64,000 bases of DNA from Nitrosopumilus sp. GTDB taxonomy: Archaea > Thermoproteota > Nitrososphaeria > Nitrososphaerales > Nitrosopumilaceae. Position 1 is the stretch's first letter. Every line of letters starts with the position of its first letter. A program made the translations under genes and the position numbers. The notes beneath the pieces were generated by a model. That model was not told where the DNA came from, searched no databases, and worked only from the letters and a program-made list of their open reading frames with translations. Below are positions 29,211 through 38,387 of this stretch, in pieces. Location: positions 352,001-416,000 of the forward strand of contig OZ252243.1 in the NCBI GenBank assembly GCA_965249555.1, given 5' to 3'.

Positions 29211-31246
29211 ATTGCAAGTATTGCAACAAATGCAGATACAAAGACTATAGCAATTGTGTTTAGTAATTTAATGACAGTGTTTAGTGCAGGTCCTGCAGTG
29301 TCTTTGTAAGGATCACCAATAATGTCACCGACAACTGCAATTTTATGTATTTCAGAGCCTTTTTCTCCTTTCATTTCGATTAGTTTCTTTGCATTATCCC
29401 ATGCACCACCAGTGTTTGCCAAGTGGTATGCCAACAAAATTCCAGTAATAACTGCACCCATCAATAATCCAGCTACTGCAGTTGGACCTAACAATATTCC
29501 CAAAATTATTGGGGCAGTAATTGCAACAATTGCTGGTTTCCAGAGTTCTTTAATTGATGCCACAGTAGCAATATCCACACATTTAGCATAATCTGGTTTT
29601 GATGTTCCTTCAAGAATTCCAGAATCTGCTTTGAATTGCCGTCTAACTTCATCTACCATTTTTCCTGCAGCCCTAGATACACCGTTAATGAGTTGGCCTG
29701 TGATAATAAATGGAATCAACCCACCAATAAGCAAACCAACAATAATTGCAGGATTAGTTAAACTGTAATCCAAGTCTAATACACCTGCAAAGACATGAGC
29801 TGCTTCAAACTGAAATGCTTGAATCATGGCAAGCGCAGCTAATGCAGCACTGGCAATAGCAAATCCCTTTGTAACTGCTTTAGTAGTATTTCCAACTGCA
29901 TCAATTTCATCTGTGACTTTGCGATTTTCCTCACCCATTCCAGTCATCTCGACAATACCACCAGCATTATCTGCAATTGGGCCAAATGCATCAATACTTA
30001 GAACAATTCCTGCAAGACTCAACATCGCCATTGCAGTTAAAGCTGTTCCAAATATTCCATACAGTACCGGGTCTGCACCTTCAGGAGCTGCACCAGATGC
30101 AAGGCTGTATGAAACTATAATTGCAACCACTAATGCAATCATGAATGGTCCCGTTGATTGCATGCCTTTGATAATTCCCATCAATGTTAATGATGCATAA
30201 CCCCACTTTGCAGAGTCTGCAATTTCTATTACAGGACTTTTTTGATAACTGGTGTAATAGTTTGTAATTTTTTGAATTATAGGAACAAGAATTACACCAA
30301 TAACAGTAGAGCCAAACAAAGCATATGCTGCATTTGATTCACCAATGAATTGTGTAATGAATACAAAGTTTAATGCAATTGCAATAGCTGCTGAAACATA
30401 AAATGAACGATTAAGCGGCTTCATAACATCTGTGACATTCTTAGAGCCAACAATTACAACACCAATAATTGATGCAATCATTCCAGAAGAACCAATTAAA
30501 AGTGGGTAAAGGAAAAAGTTTGGTGCACCAATTAATGCTGCAATTAGTAATGCCGCAAGTACTGTAATTATATAAGATTCATAAATATCAGAGCCCATTC
30601 CTGCTGCATCACCAACATTATCTCCTACGTTATCTGCAATAGTTGCAGGGTTTCTAGGATCATCTTCAGGAATATTTACCTCAACTTTTCCCACCAAGTC
30701 TGCACCCATATCTGCAGCCTTTGTAAAGATACCGCCACCAATTCTAATGAATAATGCAATAAGACTAGCACCAATTCCAACACCTGCTATTGTGATTGGA
30801 TCTGGGTAAATCATGTAAAGACCAGTAATTGCTAATAGTGCCATAGCAGGAACTACGAGTCCAACTGTAGCACCACCTCTAAAGGCCATGACAAATGTCT
30901 TTCCTAATCCGCTACCACTCAAATTTGCAGCCCTTACTGCTGCTTTAACTGTAATTTTTAATGAAACTATACCTGCAACTGCTGAAAGTGTCGCACCTAC
31001 TGCAAATGCGATTCCATTGGAAGGAGTCAAGAATGCACCAATAATTATGGTCATAGCAATAGCAACCGGAATTATAATTTTCATTTCACGTTTTAGAAAT
31101 GCTGCTGCGCCTTCTTTGACAGCATCTGAAATATCTGTCATCTCTTTTGTACCTGGAGGTTGCTTCATGATCCAAAAAACCAAGCCCCCAGCGACTAAAA
31201 ATGATACAATGCCTGCAACAAATGGCAGAATTTCTGGGATCTCCAT
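29207..31246 (-). CDS. hppA: Membrane-bound pyrophosphatase, predicted K+-independent H+-PPase
   Basis: GGGIFTKAADMGADLVGK, DNVGDNVGD, DAVGNTTKA (Lys variant), GDPYKDTAGP. Confidence 0.95.
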   Translation of the reverse strand: MEIPEILPFVAGIVSFLVAGGLVFWIMKQPPGTKEMTDISDAVKEGAAAFLKREMKIIIPVAIAMTIIIGAFLTPSNGIAFAVGATLSAVAGIVSLKITVKAAVRAANLSGSGLGKTFVMAFRGGATVGLVVPAMALLAITGLYMIYPDPITIAGVGIGASLIALFIRIGGGIFTKAADMGADLVGKVEVNIPEDDPRNPATIADNVGDNVGDAAGMGSDIYESYIITVLAALLIAALIGAPNFFLYPLLIGSSGMIASIIGVVIVGSKNVTDVMKPLNRSFYVSAAIAIALNFVFITQFIGESNAAYALFGSTVIGVILVPIIQKITNYYTSYQKSPVIEIADSAKWGYASLTLMGIIKGMQSTGPFMIALVVAIIVSYSLASGAAPEGADPVLYGIFGTALTAMAMLSLAGIVLSIDAFGPIADNAGGIVEMTGMGEENRKVTDEIDAVGNTTKAVTKGFAIASAALAALAMIQAFQFEAAHVFAGVLDLDYSLTNPAIIVGLLIGGLIPFIITGQLINGVSRAAGKMVDEVRRQFKADSGILEGTSKPDYAKCVDIATVASIKELWKPAIVAITAPIILGILLGPTAVAGLLMGAVITGILLAYHLANTGGAWDNAKKLIEMKGEKGSEIHKIAVVGDIIGDPYKDTAGPALNTVIKLLNTIAIVFVSAFVAILAI

Positions 31247-31282
31247 GTTATACTTTGCTTGCCTCAGTCTGGGAAATATAAA

Positions 31283-31660
31283 TCAATGAGGGAGAATTTC
31301 TTTTCTTTTTTTGTATGGTGAAAATGTTTTTCCTCCAAGTCCTTGCCTTACCAATTTGTTGAATCTTTTACCATGGGATAGATATGGGAATCTCATATGG
31401 ATCAATTCATGAACAACAGTGTTTTCTAGAGTTTTCTCATCTGGGATTTTTCGGACATTAATGAAAACCAGATTGTGTTGAAGATATGAAACTCCATAAT
31501 ACTTGTAGGCAGATGTTCTTAATCCATCTGTCATTTCACGTGGCATGTCAAGTACCTCTTTTGTAACAAACAGGATCTTAGGTTCAGAAATAGAAAACCT
31601 GTTAGAATAAATTCCAACTGTCTCTAGAATTTGCAGTTTGAGATCAGGATCCAGCTTCAC
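31283..31660 (-). CDS. YgjP/DUF45-like HEXXH zincin metalloprotein
   Basis: VVHELIHMRFPYLSHGKRF. Confidence 0.75.
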   Translation of the reverse strand: MKLDPDLKLQILETVGIYSNRFSISEPKILFVTKEVLDMPREMTDGLRTSAYKYYGVSYLQHNLVFINVRKIPDEKTLENTVVHELIHMRFPYLSHGKRFNKLVRQGLGGKTFSPYKKRKEILPH

Positions 31661-31813
31661 ATAGAAAGATCATAAAATGTGTGTTTATTTGGAAATGTCA
31701 ATTGTTATGAGATATTTGGTTTATAATGTTTTGTAGAACGTGCGTATTTTTTTAAATGATAGGCTTGCACGACAAAAATTGTTGAGTAAACATTGGTCAT
31801 CATTTTAGTTCCA

Positions 31814-32449
31814 TCAAGGAAAAATTTCATTTGCAGACACCTTTTTCCAAGCATCTCTTGTGGCAGATTTCTTTGTGTTAACATTGTCTTTCAAACGATA
31901 AAAGTTCAGTTCATTATTTTTCCAGTTGGATAATACCACGTCATCAGCATGATAATATCGTGCTAAAATTTGCATTCTTTTAATATCCATCAATGAGGGC
32001 CAAGATGCACTTCCTCCTTTTACTTGAATCAAAAGCATATCAAACAAGTCTCCAGGTTTTAGTCCAACTTTTTTTACCGTCTTTACATGGTCTTTTCTAA
32101 TTGCAAGAAGATCAACGATTCCAACTGCTTCATGTCCTTTCTTTCCTGTAAATTCAACTAGCTGCCACTTGGTCTTGCTTGTTAATTGATTTATTCTCCA
32201 CTTTGTAATCTCTAATGCAGCTTTTGCTGTATTTTGGGATTTTTCAAGTATCAAATCCCGATTTACTTTTTTCGTATGTGTTTCTTTTTTAATTGATTTT
32301 GTTTTTTTGGATTTTTTGGTTTGTGCTGCTTTGATTGCTGCTTGATGTCTTATTTTATCAATTCTAGTTTTTTCTTCAGCACCAGCATTTAGATAGTTTT
32401 CAAGTCTTGTTTTTGCAGCTTTTTTAGCTGCAGAATTTTTCTTTTTCAT
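31814..32449 (-). CDS. PD-(D/E)XK nuclease-like (Hjc-like) protein with a basic Ala/Lys-rich N-terminus
   Basis: GIVDLLAIRK...LIQVKGG; N-terminal AAKKAAKTR and AAIKAAQTK. Confidence 0.65.
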   Translation of the reverse strand: MKKKNSAAKKAAKTRLENYLNAGAEEKTRIDKIRHQAAIKAAQTKKSKKTKSIKKETHTKKVNRDLILEKSQNTAKAALEITKWRINQLTSKTKWQLVEFTGKKGHEAVGIVDLLAIRKDHVKTVKKVGLKPGDLFDMLLIQVKGGSASWPSLMDIKRMQILARYYHADDVVLSNWKNNELNFYRLKDNVNTKKSATRDAWKKVSANEIFP

Positions 32450-32481
32450 TTAATAGTTCTCCATTTCATACAATCAACCAT

Positions 32482-32922
32482 TCAATCTATTTTTTGTTTT
32501 TTACTCCATTTGTAAAGTGTAATATCAAGACCTTGTTGAGAATCTGTATCCACAAATTTTTTTACAAGGTGTAATTCATGAATATCTTTATCATCACGCA
32601 TTAATCCAAGACCAGTTTTGTTATCAATATCTTTGTCTTGTTTTGTAAGATAGTCAGTCAAAGTATCAGATAGAATTTTTGTCATGTTATCCAAGTCTTT
32701 GATATATTGTCCTTCGATCTTTGTATTTTTGTTAAGATAGTAGATTACATTTAAAGAAAAGAAAATTTTCTCACATTTTTTCTTTATTGTCTCTACATCG
32801 ATTTGTTTTTTTATTTTTTCTAGAAGATCTTTTTTTCTCTCTATAGGGTTATTGTTATCTGTCAGAGGTTCAAAGTTACGTATCTGTACGTGTAAAATAC
32901 GCTTTTTAAATCCAAACATCAT
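32482..32922 (-). CDS. RusA-like endodeoxyribonuclease
   Basis: KDLDNMTKILSDTL...RDDKDIHELHLVK matches the RusA DxDNxxKxxxDxL...DD motif. Confidence 0.65.
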   Translation of the reverse strand: MMFGFKKRILHVQIRNFEPLTDNNNPIERKKDLLEKIKKQIDVETIKKKCEKIFFSLNVIYYLNKNTKIEGQYIKDLDNMTKILSDTLTDYLTKQDKDIDNKTGLGLMRDDKDIHELHLVKKFVDTDSQQGLDITLYKWSKKQKID

Positions 32923-33204
32923 ACAAGATAATACAAATCATTGATTTAACCATTTTCAAAAAAAGAGGTAGCTAACTCCTGATCAGGTTCAAATCTTTAG
33001 AGATTTGAACGGGTTTAGTGATAGTTTTGAATCTATTAAGGCTTGAACCTTTCTTCGGGATAATTTATGATTCAGAAAAGATCAGGTTGTATAATTCTGA
33101 TTGTAGTGTTGAGAGTAAGAGAAAAATTTTAGAAGATATTGTTAATTTGTAGCCAGTGATTAGTGATTGGTATGATTTTTAATCTCTTATAAAAGAATGG
33201 AAAT

Positions 33205-33366
33205 ATGCAGCGGTTAGAACCCACTCTTCGTCATGAAATAAAAATTTCAAATACTGTATGTACTGCAGATTTAAAACAGAAAATCGATATTGGATCATTC
33301 GACAATTATGAATTTCTTAGTTCTAATTTAGAATTGTATAGATGTGGATATGTCAAAGATAATGGG
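33205..33366 (+). pseudogene. Truncated divergent TATA-binding-protein-like gene
   Basis: IKISNTVCTADLKQKIDI resembles the start of a TBP repeat. The sequence switches abruptly to hsdS-derived DNA at 33367. Confidence 0.5.
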
Positions 33367-34039
33367 ATCCATAAAGGGAATCAACACACCAACCTTCAGG
33401 GATTTTTTTTCTAATTTTTTCATCATAAACCATCTTTCCATCATTGGATTTGTAGGAAACCCCATCATCATCATCAGGAAATTCAAAATCAACAAACCAT
33501 AATTTGAAAATCATGTTACCAATTTGTTCAAGAATAATAGATTGTTTCTGAAAATTCTTTATTGATTTATCTAAGTTCCATAAAATATTAGAAATTTTGG
33601 ATTGTTCTCCAATTTCAGGAATTTTTTGTTTGATTGTACCTAAAAAATCCCAATCTGCTCGTGACATTTTAGTTCCAGTAGAACATACATCTGCATAATT
33701 TACAAATTCATGTGATGCCATCCAATAAAACAAAAATTTTTGATCAGTTCCAGGTTTTGCTCCAACTACAAAAATGTCAGTGGAGCAAACACCATCAAAA
33801 TCAGGACAGACTACCTTTCTAAAATAAGGCCTTAGTTTTCCAAAAAGAATATCGCCTTTGTGAAATATGAATTTGTTACTAATAGTTTCAGAACTTGTAC
33901 CAATACCAAGAAGATTCAATCTATCTTGTGCAATATACTCCAATCCCACATATGGTAAATTTTCTGTTTTATTTGGTTTGTAAGTATTTTTTTGTAATTG
34001 TGCACATTCATTAAACTGTTTTAATTTCCAGTTAGTCAT
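33353..34039 (-). CDS. hsdS: Half-length type I R-M specificity subunit (one TRD plus central conserved region)
   Basis: GDILFGKLRPYFRK, CSTDI, GTKMSR, PEIGEQSKI, FKLWFVDFEFP, PEGW, then truncated. Confidence 0.85.
   Translation of the reverse strand: MTNWKLKQFNECAQLQKNTYKPNKTENLPYVGLEYIAQDRLNLLGIGTSSETISNKFIFHKGDILFGKLRPYFRKVVCPDFDGVCSTDIFVVGAKPGTDQKFLFYWMASHEFVNYADVCSTGTKMSRADWDFLGTIKQKIPEIGEQSKISNILWNLDKSIKNFQKQSIILEQIGNMIFKLWFVDFEFPDDDDGVSYKSNDGKMVYDEKIRKKIPEGWCVDSLYGSHYL
33367..33500. repeat. Direct repeat copy 1 (hsdS central conserved region)
   Basis: Matches 37673-37803 except for one substitution and one extra CAT triplet. Confidence 0.95.
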
Positions 34040-37000
34040 ATATCATCACTATAATTACTTACAACCTGACTCATAATAATCGGAACGAATTTTTCAAAAG
34101 ATTCTACAGGAAAATCATATTCGATTAAAATTTTCTTTATACCTGAACGAATCTTTGCTTTGATACTTTCTTGATTAAGCCAATCAACACCAGTATTTTC
34201 TTTCATAAATTCAGTTAGTCTTGTTGCAATTTCTACTAGAGTTTGATCAGATTTTGTGTATTCCTTTCCAGCTGCAATAGCATCATAGAATGTGACTTCT
34301 TGCTCTGTCAATCCAAGTTCTTCTTCACGTTTTTTCTTTGCTGTTACATCATTTGCAACTTCTTCCATTCTACCCCAAACAGTTTCAAAATCTTCAAAAC
34401 GTCCATGATAATTTGATAGTGCTTTTTCTAATCGTTCTCTAAAGGATTTTTGTGCAACCTTATTTCGTTTGAATTTGATTGTAATTGCATCATCAAGTAA
34501 TTTGTGAGCAAGTTCAACTTTGAGGTTTTTCTGTTTTATTTGTCCAATTTTATTAAGATATTCTTCATTTAATTGGAATTTTTCAGGATCATATTCTATA
34601 GAATATTTTTTAAATGCATTTGCAGCCTTTAGATCTTTTTCAATCAATTTTCCAACTGCAGCATCTTTTTCAGGTGGGATATATGGGGTATTTGAGGAAT
34701 TTTTACCAATATAACTTCGGATTGTTTGGAAGAATATCATATCATCGTATACATCCTGACATGCAGGATCAGGAGTACACACATTGTATGCTTTAGTTAA
34801 CTCTGCAACATTTTTAAAATATTCAAGTTTTAATTTTTCACTTTCTTGTATTTCATTTACCAAATTCAAAAACAACTCATCGTATTGCTCAGATGATAAA
34901 CTATCACGATTCTCAATTGGAATCTCAAAGAAGCTCAGTAATTCTGCATGTTTATTTTTCATATATAGAAGAATTTCAGAAGTTGGCTTGAGTGTACCTT
35001 TGTAATCATTTTCATTAAACGATTTAAAAGACTTTTTTAAATCATCTGCAATTCCAATGTAATCAATTACAAGACCAGCAGTCTTTTGTGGTTTCCATTT
35101 TCTATTTACACGAGATGTTGCCTGGAATAAATTATGATCACGTAATGGTTTATCTATATACAAAGTATGCAAAAGTGGAGCGTCAAATCCTGTTAGATAC
35201 ATGTCACACACAATTAGTAATTCAACATCATTATCTTCATCTTTGAAATCTTCAATGAGATCTTTGATCTGTTTTTTTTTTCTGTAATGTTGTTTTAGAT
35301 ATTTTTCTTTTTCTTCTTGTTCTCGTGTGAGATCTTTAGTTTTTGCTGCACTTGAAATTACACAAATACATTTTGGAGGATTTGGTTGAGATGTTATATA
35401 TTCATAATATTTTGCAGCAGCCTTTTTGGTTGTAGCACATAACATCGCTTTTCCTTTTGGAATGACTGCTTTCTTTGAATTAAAATGAAATACAATATCT
35501 TCTGCAATTTCTTCCATTCTTTCTTTTCTTTCAACCAATGTCACCAGATCAGTCCATTTTTTAGATAATTCCCGACTTTGTTCTTCATTTAGACTTTGAG
35601 TAATCTCATCAAAGTCTTTTCCGATGAATTCATTGAGAATATGTTGTGGTAACAATCGTCCTTCATAATTTATCTCAACGGTAGTTCCATCTCTCACTGA
35701 TTCTCTTTGAGTGTAAATTGCAATAGGATCACCGAAGACATCGGTAGTTGAACGATCTTCAGCCTCAATTGGAGTTGCTGTAAAGCCTACTTTAAGAGCA
35801 TTAGGTAAAGCACGCCCAAGATTTTGAGCCATCTTTCCATACTCAGAACGATGTGCTTCATCGGCAATAATGATAATATTTTTCCGTGTGGATAATTCAG
35901 GATACTTTACTTTACCTTCTTTTTCTTTTTTTGTTACTTGGAATTTCTGAATTGTTGCAAAAATAATATTTCCTGCAGGAATTTGTAATTTTTTTCTTAA
36001 ATCTTCAATATCTTCTGCTTCTTGTAACATTGTTTCAGGTTTTCGAAAAGGAAAACCTGCAACTTCAAAGAAATCAGCAATTTGATTATCTAAATCATTT
36101 CTATCAGTAAGTACTACAAATGTAGGGTTATCTAACGATTCTACTTTTGATAACATCTCTGTAAAAAATATCATAGACATTGATTTACCAGAACCAGTAC
36201 TGTGAAAAACTATACCTAATTTATTTTTATTAGGATCATTGTAAACATCTATAGTTTTTGCCACAAGTTCATTAATAGTTTTAATTTGATGTTTTCTTCC
36301 AATTTTTTTAATAATTTGTTTACCATCATCTTCGTATTCTATAAAATGCTCTAGAATATTTAGTAGATTTTCTTTTGGAAATACTTGTTCTATTAAATAA
36401 TCTAGTCTATATCCCTCTATAATATCTTCGTCATCATATTCTTCTCCAAGATCATTTTTTTCGTACCATGTAAAGAAAAATTCAGGTGGAGATTCAAATG
36501 TGCCATATTTTGCATGTTTTCTATCACTAATTACATTAAACGCATTATAATGAAATAATTTTGGAATATATTTTTGATAATCTGTTTTTCCAAGCTGATC
36601 ATATGCTTTTTGAATTGTTGCAGATCTATCAGTTGGATTTTTGTATTCTAATATCACAATTGGAATTCCATTTAGAAATATCACATGATCTGCTCGTCTT
36701 GTTTCAAATTGTTTTACTGTAAATTGTCGCATTGCAAGAAAATTGTTTTTTAATGGCTTAGTCCAATTTACAAAATCAATATGTTCTGTTTGGGTTTTTC
36801 CATGTTGATCAGGAATTTTGACATTAACCCCATTAAGTAATAAATCGTGGAATTTTTGATTACTTACCATCATGTCATTTGATGAAATTGAATATAGTGA
36901 GCCTATTGCTGTATTATAGGCATCATTTGGCAGTCCAGGATTGATGATTTTGAGATTTTCTAGCAGTCTTTTCTCTAAAATCACTTCAGTTAGTGCCTGT

Positions 37001-37122
37001 CTTTCAGGATTTTGTGTTCCTGGATGATAATCTGGGCCCCAAAGAGTATCATATCCTAATTTATCAAATAGATTATGAGCAGATTTTTCTACCCAATTTT
37101 CATCTAATTTTTTAATTGCCAA
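34036..37122 (-). CDS. hsdR: Type I restriction endonuclease subunit R; probable TTG start at 37122
   Basis: ADHVIFLNGIPIVILEYK nuclease motif, HSTGSGKS, ADEAHR, FTATP, MYLTGFDAP, QATSRVNR. Confidence 0.95.
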   Translation of the reverse strand: MAIKKLDENWVEKSAHNLFDKLGYDTLWGPDYHPGTQNPERQALTEVILEKRLLENLKIINPGLPNDAYNTAIGSLYSISSNDMMVSNQKFHDLLLNGVNVKIPDQHGKTQTEHIDFVNWTKPLKNNFLAMRQFTVKQFETRRADHVIFLNGIPIVILEYKNPTDRSATIQKAYDQLGKTDYQKYIPKLFHYNAFNVISDRKHAKYGTFESPPEFFFTWYEKNDLGEEYDDEDIIEGYRLDYLIEQVFPKENLLNILEHFIEYEDDGKQIIKKIGRKHQIKTINELVAKTIDVYNDPNKNKLGIVFHSTGSGKSMSMIFFTEMLSKVESLDNPTFVVLTDRNDLDNQIADFFEVAGFPFRKPETMLQEAEDIEDLRKKLQIPAGNIIFATIQKFQVTKKEKEGKVKYPELSTRKNIIIIADEAHRSEYGKMAQNLGRALPNALKVGFTATPIEAEDRSTTDVFGDPIAIYTQRESVRDGTTVEINYEGRLLPQHILNEFIGKDFDEITQSLNEEQSRELSKKWTDLVTLVERKERMEEIAEDIVFHFNSKKAVIPKGKAMLCATTKKAAAKYYEYITSQPNPPKCICVISSAAKTKDLTREQEEKEKYLKQHYRKKKQIKDLIEDFKDEDNDVELLIVCDMYLTGFDAPLLHTLYIDKPLRDHNLFQATSRVNRKWKPQKTAGLVIDYIGIADDLKKSFKSFNENDYKGTLKPTSEILLYMKNKHAELLSFFEIPIENRDSLSSEQYDELFLNLVNEIQESEKLKLEYFKNVAELTKAYNVCTPDPACQDVYDDMIFFQTIRSYIGKNSSNTPYIPPEKDAAVGKLIEKDLKAANAFKKYSIEYDPEKFQLNEEYLNKIGQIKQKNLKVELAHKLLDDAITIKFKRNKVAQKSFRERLEKALSNYHGRFEDFETVWGRMEEVANDVTAKKKREEELGLTEQEVTFYDAIAAGKEYTKSDQTLVEIATRLTEFMKENTGVDWLNQESIKAKIRSGIKKILIEYDFPVESFEKFVPIIMSQVVSNYSDDI

Positions 37123-38387
37123 ACCTGAATTTTTCCTGAAATTAATTTTGGTAAAAGAGTTTCTCGTAAATAAATCAGATTTGTACATGCAAGATCATTA
37201 CATTGAATTTTGTTAAAAATTGAAAAAGATAAGCTTTGAAATTTATTCAAAATTTGTTTAGATGGAAGAGCTATCATAAATTTTTCCATATCTTTTTTTG
37301 TGATATGACCAAGACCAGTAGTCTGTTTATTACGAGCAATCTCAATCAAAGCAGTTTTCAGATATTTTAATAAGAAAAATATGAAAGGTTTTTGAAATTT
37401 ATTTTGAAAATTGATTTTGAAAATATGTTGGTTAAGAATAGCAGATCCACCAGTCCAAATAAAAACATCGATTGATGAATCTGGACTTCCAGACCATGAA
37501 AACAAAATATCTCCAGTATAAAGTTTGTATTTAGGATCAACATCTTTGGTTGTAAATTTAGTTTCTGGTAGAACGCCATACTTTAATTCAACTATTTTTA
37601 TTATTGGTAATCCTGTTCGATCATCTGAAAAATCAGACATTGTGAATGCACTTCCATTTACATAATTTGCACATCCATAAAGGGAATCAACACACCAACC
37701 TTCAGGGATTTCTTTTCTAATTTTTTCATCATAAACCATCTTTCCATCATTGGATTTGTAGGAAACCCCATCATCATCAGGAAATTCAAAATCAACAAAC
37801 CATGATTTAAAGATGGAATGAATTATTTTTTCAAGATAAAAATTTTGTTTTAGAAAATTTTGAATTAAATTGTCCAAAGATAACAAAATATTTGATATTT
37901 TAATTTGTTCTTTGATGTCTTCTGGGAATGAAATTGGTAATTTTTTCAAAGTAGTTTTTGTAAGTTCCAAAAATGTAGTACCGTTTGAGTTTTGTTCAAG
38001 AAATGATTTATTATTTTTCAACCAATAAAATAAAAAATAATTATGAATTTGTTTTGAGCAATGTAATACAATAAATCCTTGATTAACAGCCATAGGTACA
38101 CTATTGATAACTACTTTACCCACAGGAGCTCTACTAGTTAGTAAAACGCATCCTGCTTCATTTATTCTTCTGGGTCCATTTTCTAGACCAATTTTTGTAA
38201 TCATTTTTTCAGTGTTTTCAATATGAACCGAATTCAGATTTGTTACTTGTTTAGGAGTTAACCAGAGAATTTTACCATTCCAAAAATCTGGATTTTTTGT
38301 ACTAGGTGTACTACCGCCACTAACTTCAACTATTTCTTCAAAAATACGAGTTTTCCATTTAGATTTTAATTCTAATTTAGATTTCAA
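37104..38387 (-). CDS. hsdS: Type I R-M specificity subunit with two TRDs
   Basis: GGSTPST, SRAPVG, NQGF, EQIKI, WFVDFEFP, PEGW, LNQHIFK, LRETLLPKLISG. Confidence 0.95.
   Translation of the reverse strand: MKSKLELKSKWKTRIFEEIVEVSGGSTPSTKNPDFWNGKILWLTPKQVTNLNSVHIENTEKMITKIGLENGPRRINEAGCVLLTSRAPVGKVVINSVPMAVNQGFIVLHCSKQIHNYFLFYWLKNNKSFLEQNSNGTTFLELTKTTLKKLPISFPEDIKEQIKISNILLSLDNLIQNFLKQNFYLEKIIHSIFKSWFVDFEFPDDDGVSYKSNDGKMVYDEKIRKEIPEGWCVDSLYGCANYVNGSAFTMSDFSDDRTGLPIIKIVELKYGVLPETKFTTKDVDPKYKLYTGDILFSWSGSPDSSIDVFIWTGGSAILNQHIFKINFQNKFQKPFIFFLLKYLKTALIEIARNKQTTGLGHITKKDMEKFMIALPSKQILNKFQSLSFSIFNKIQCNDLACTNLIYLRETLLPKLISGKIQVWQLKN
37673..37803. repeat. Direct repeat copy 2 (hsdS central conserved region)
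   Basis: Matches 33367-33500. Confidence 0.95.

Noticed and set aside
33353-38387. Invertible hsdS shufflon
   Set aside because: The repeats are direct rather than inverted, and no recombinase gene is present in the window.
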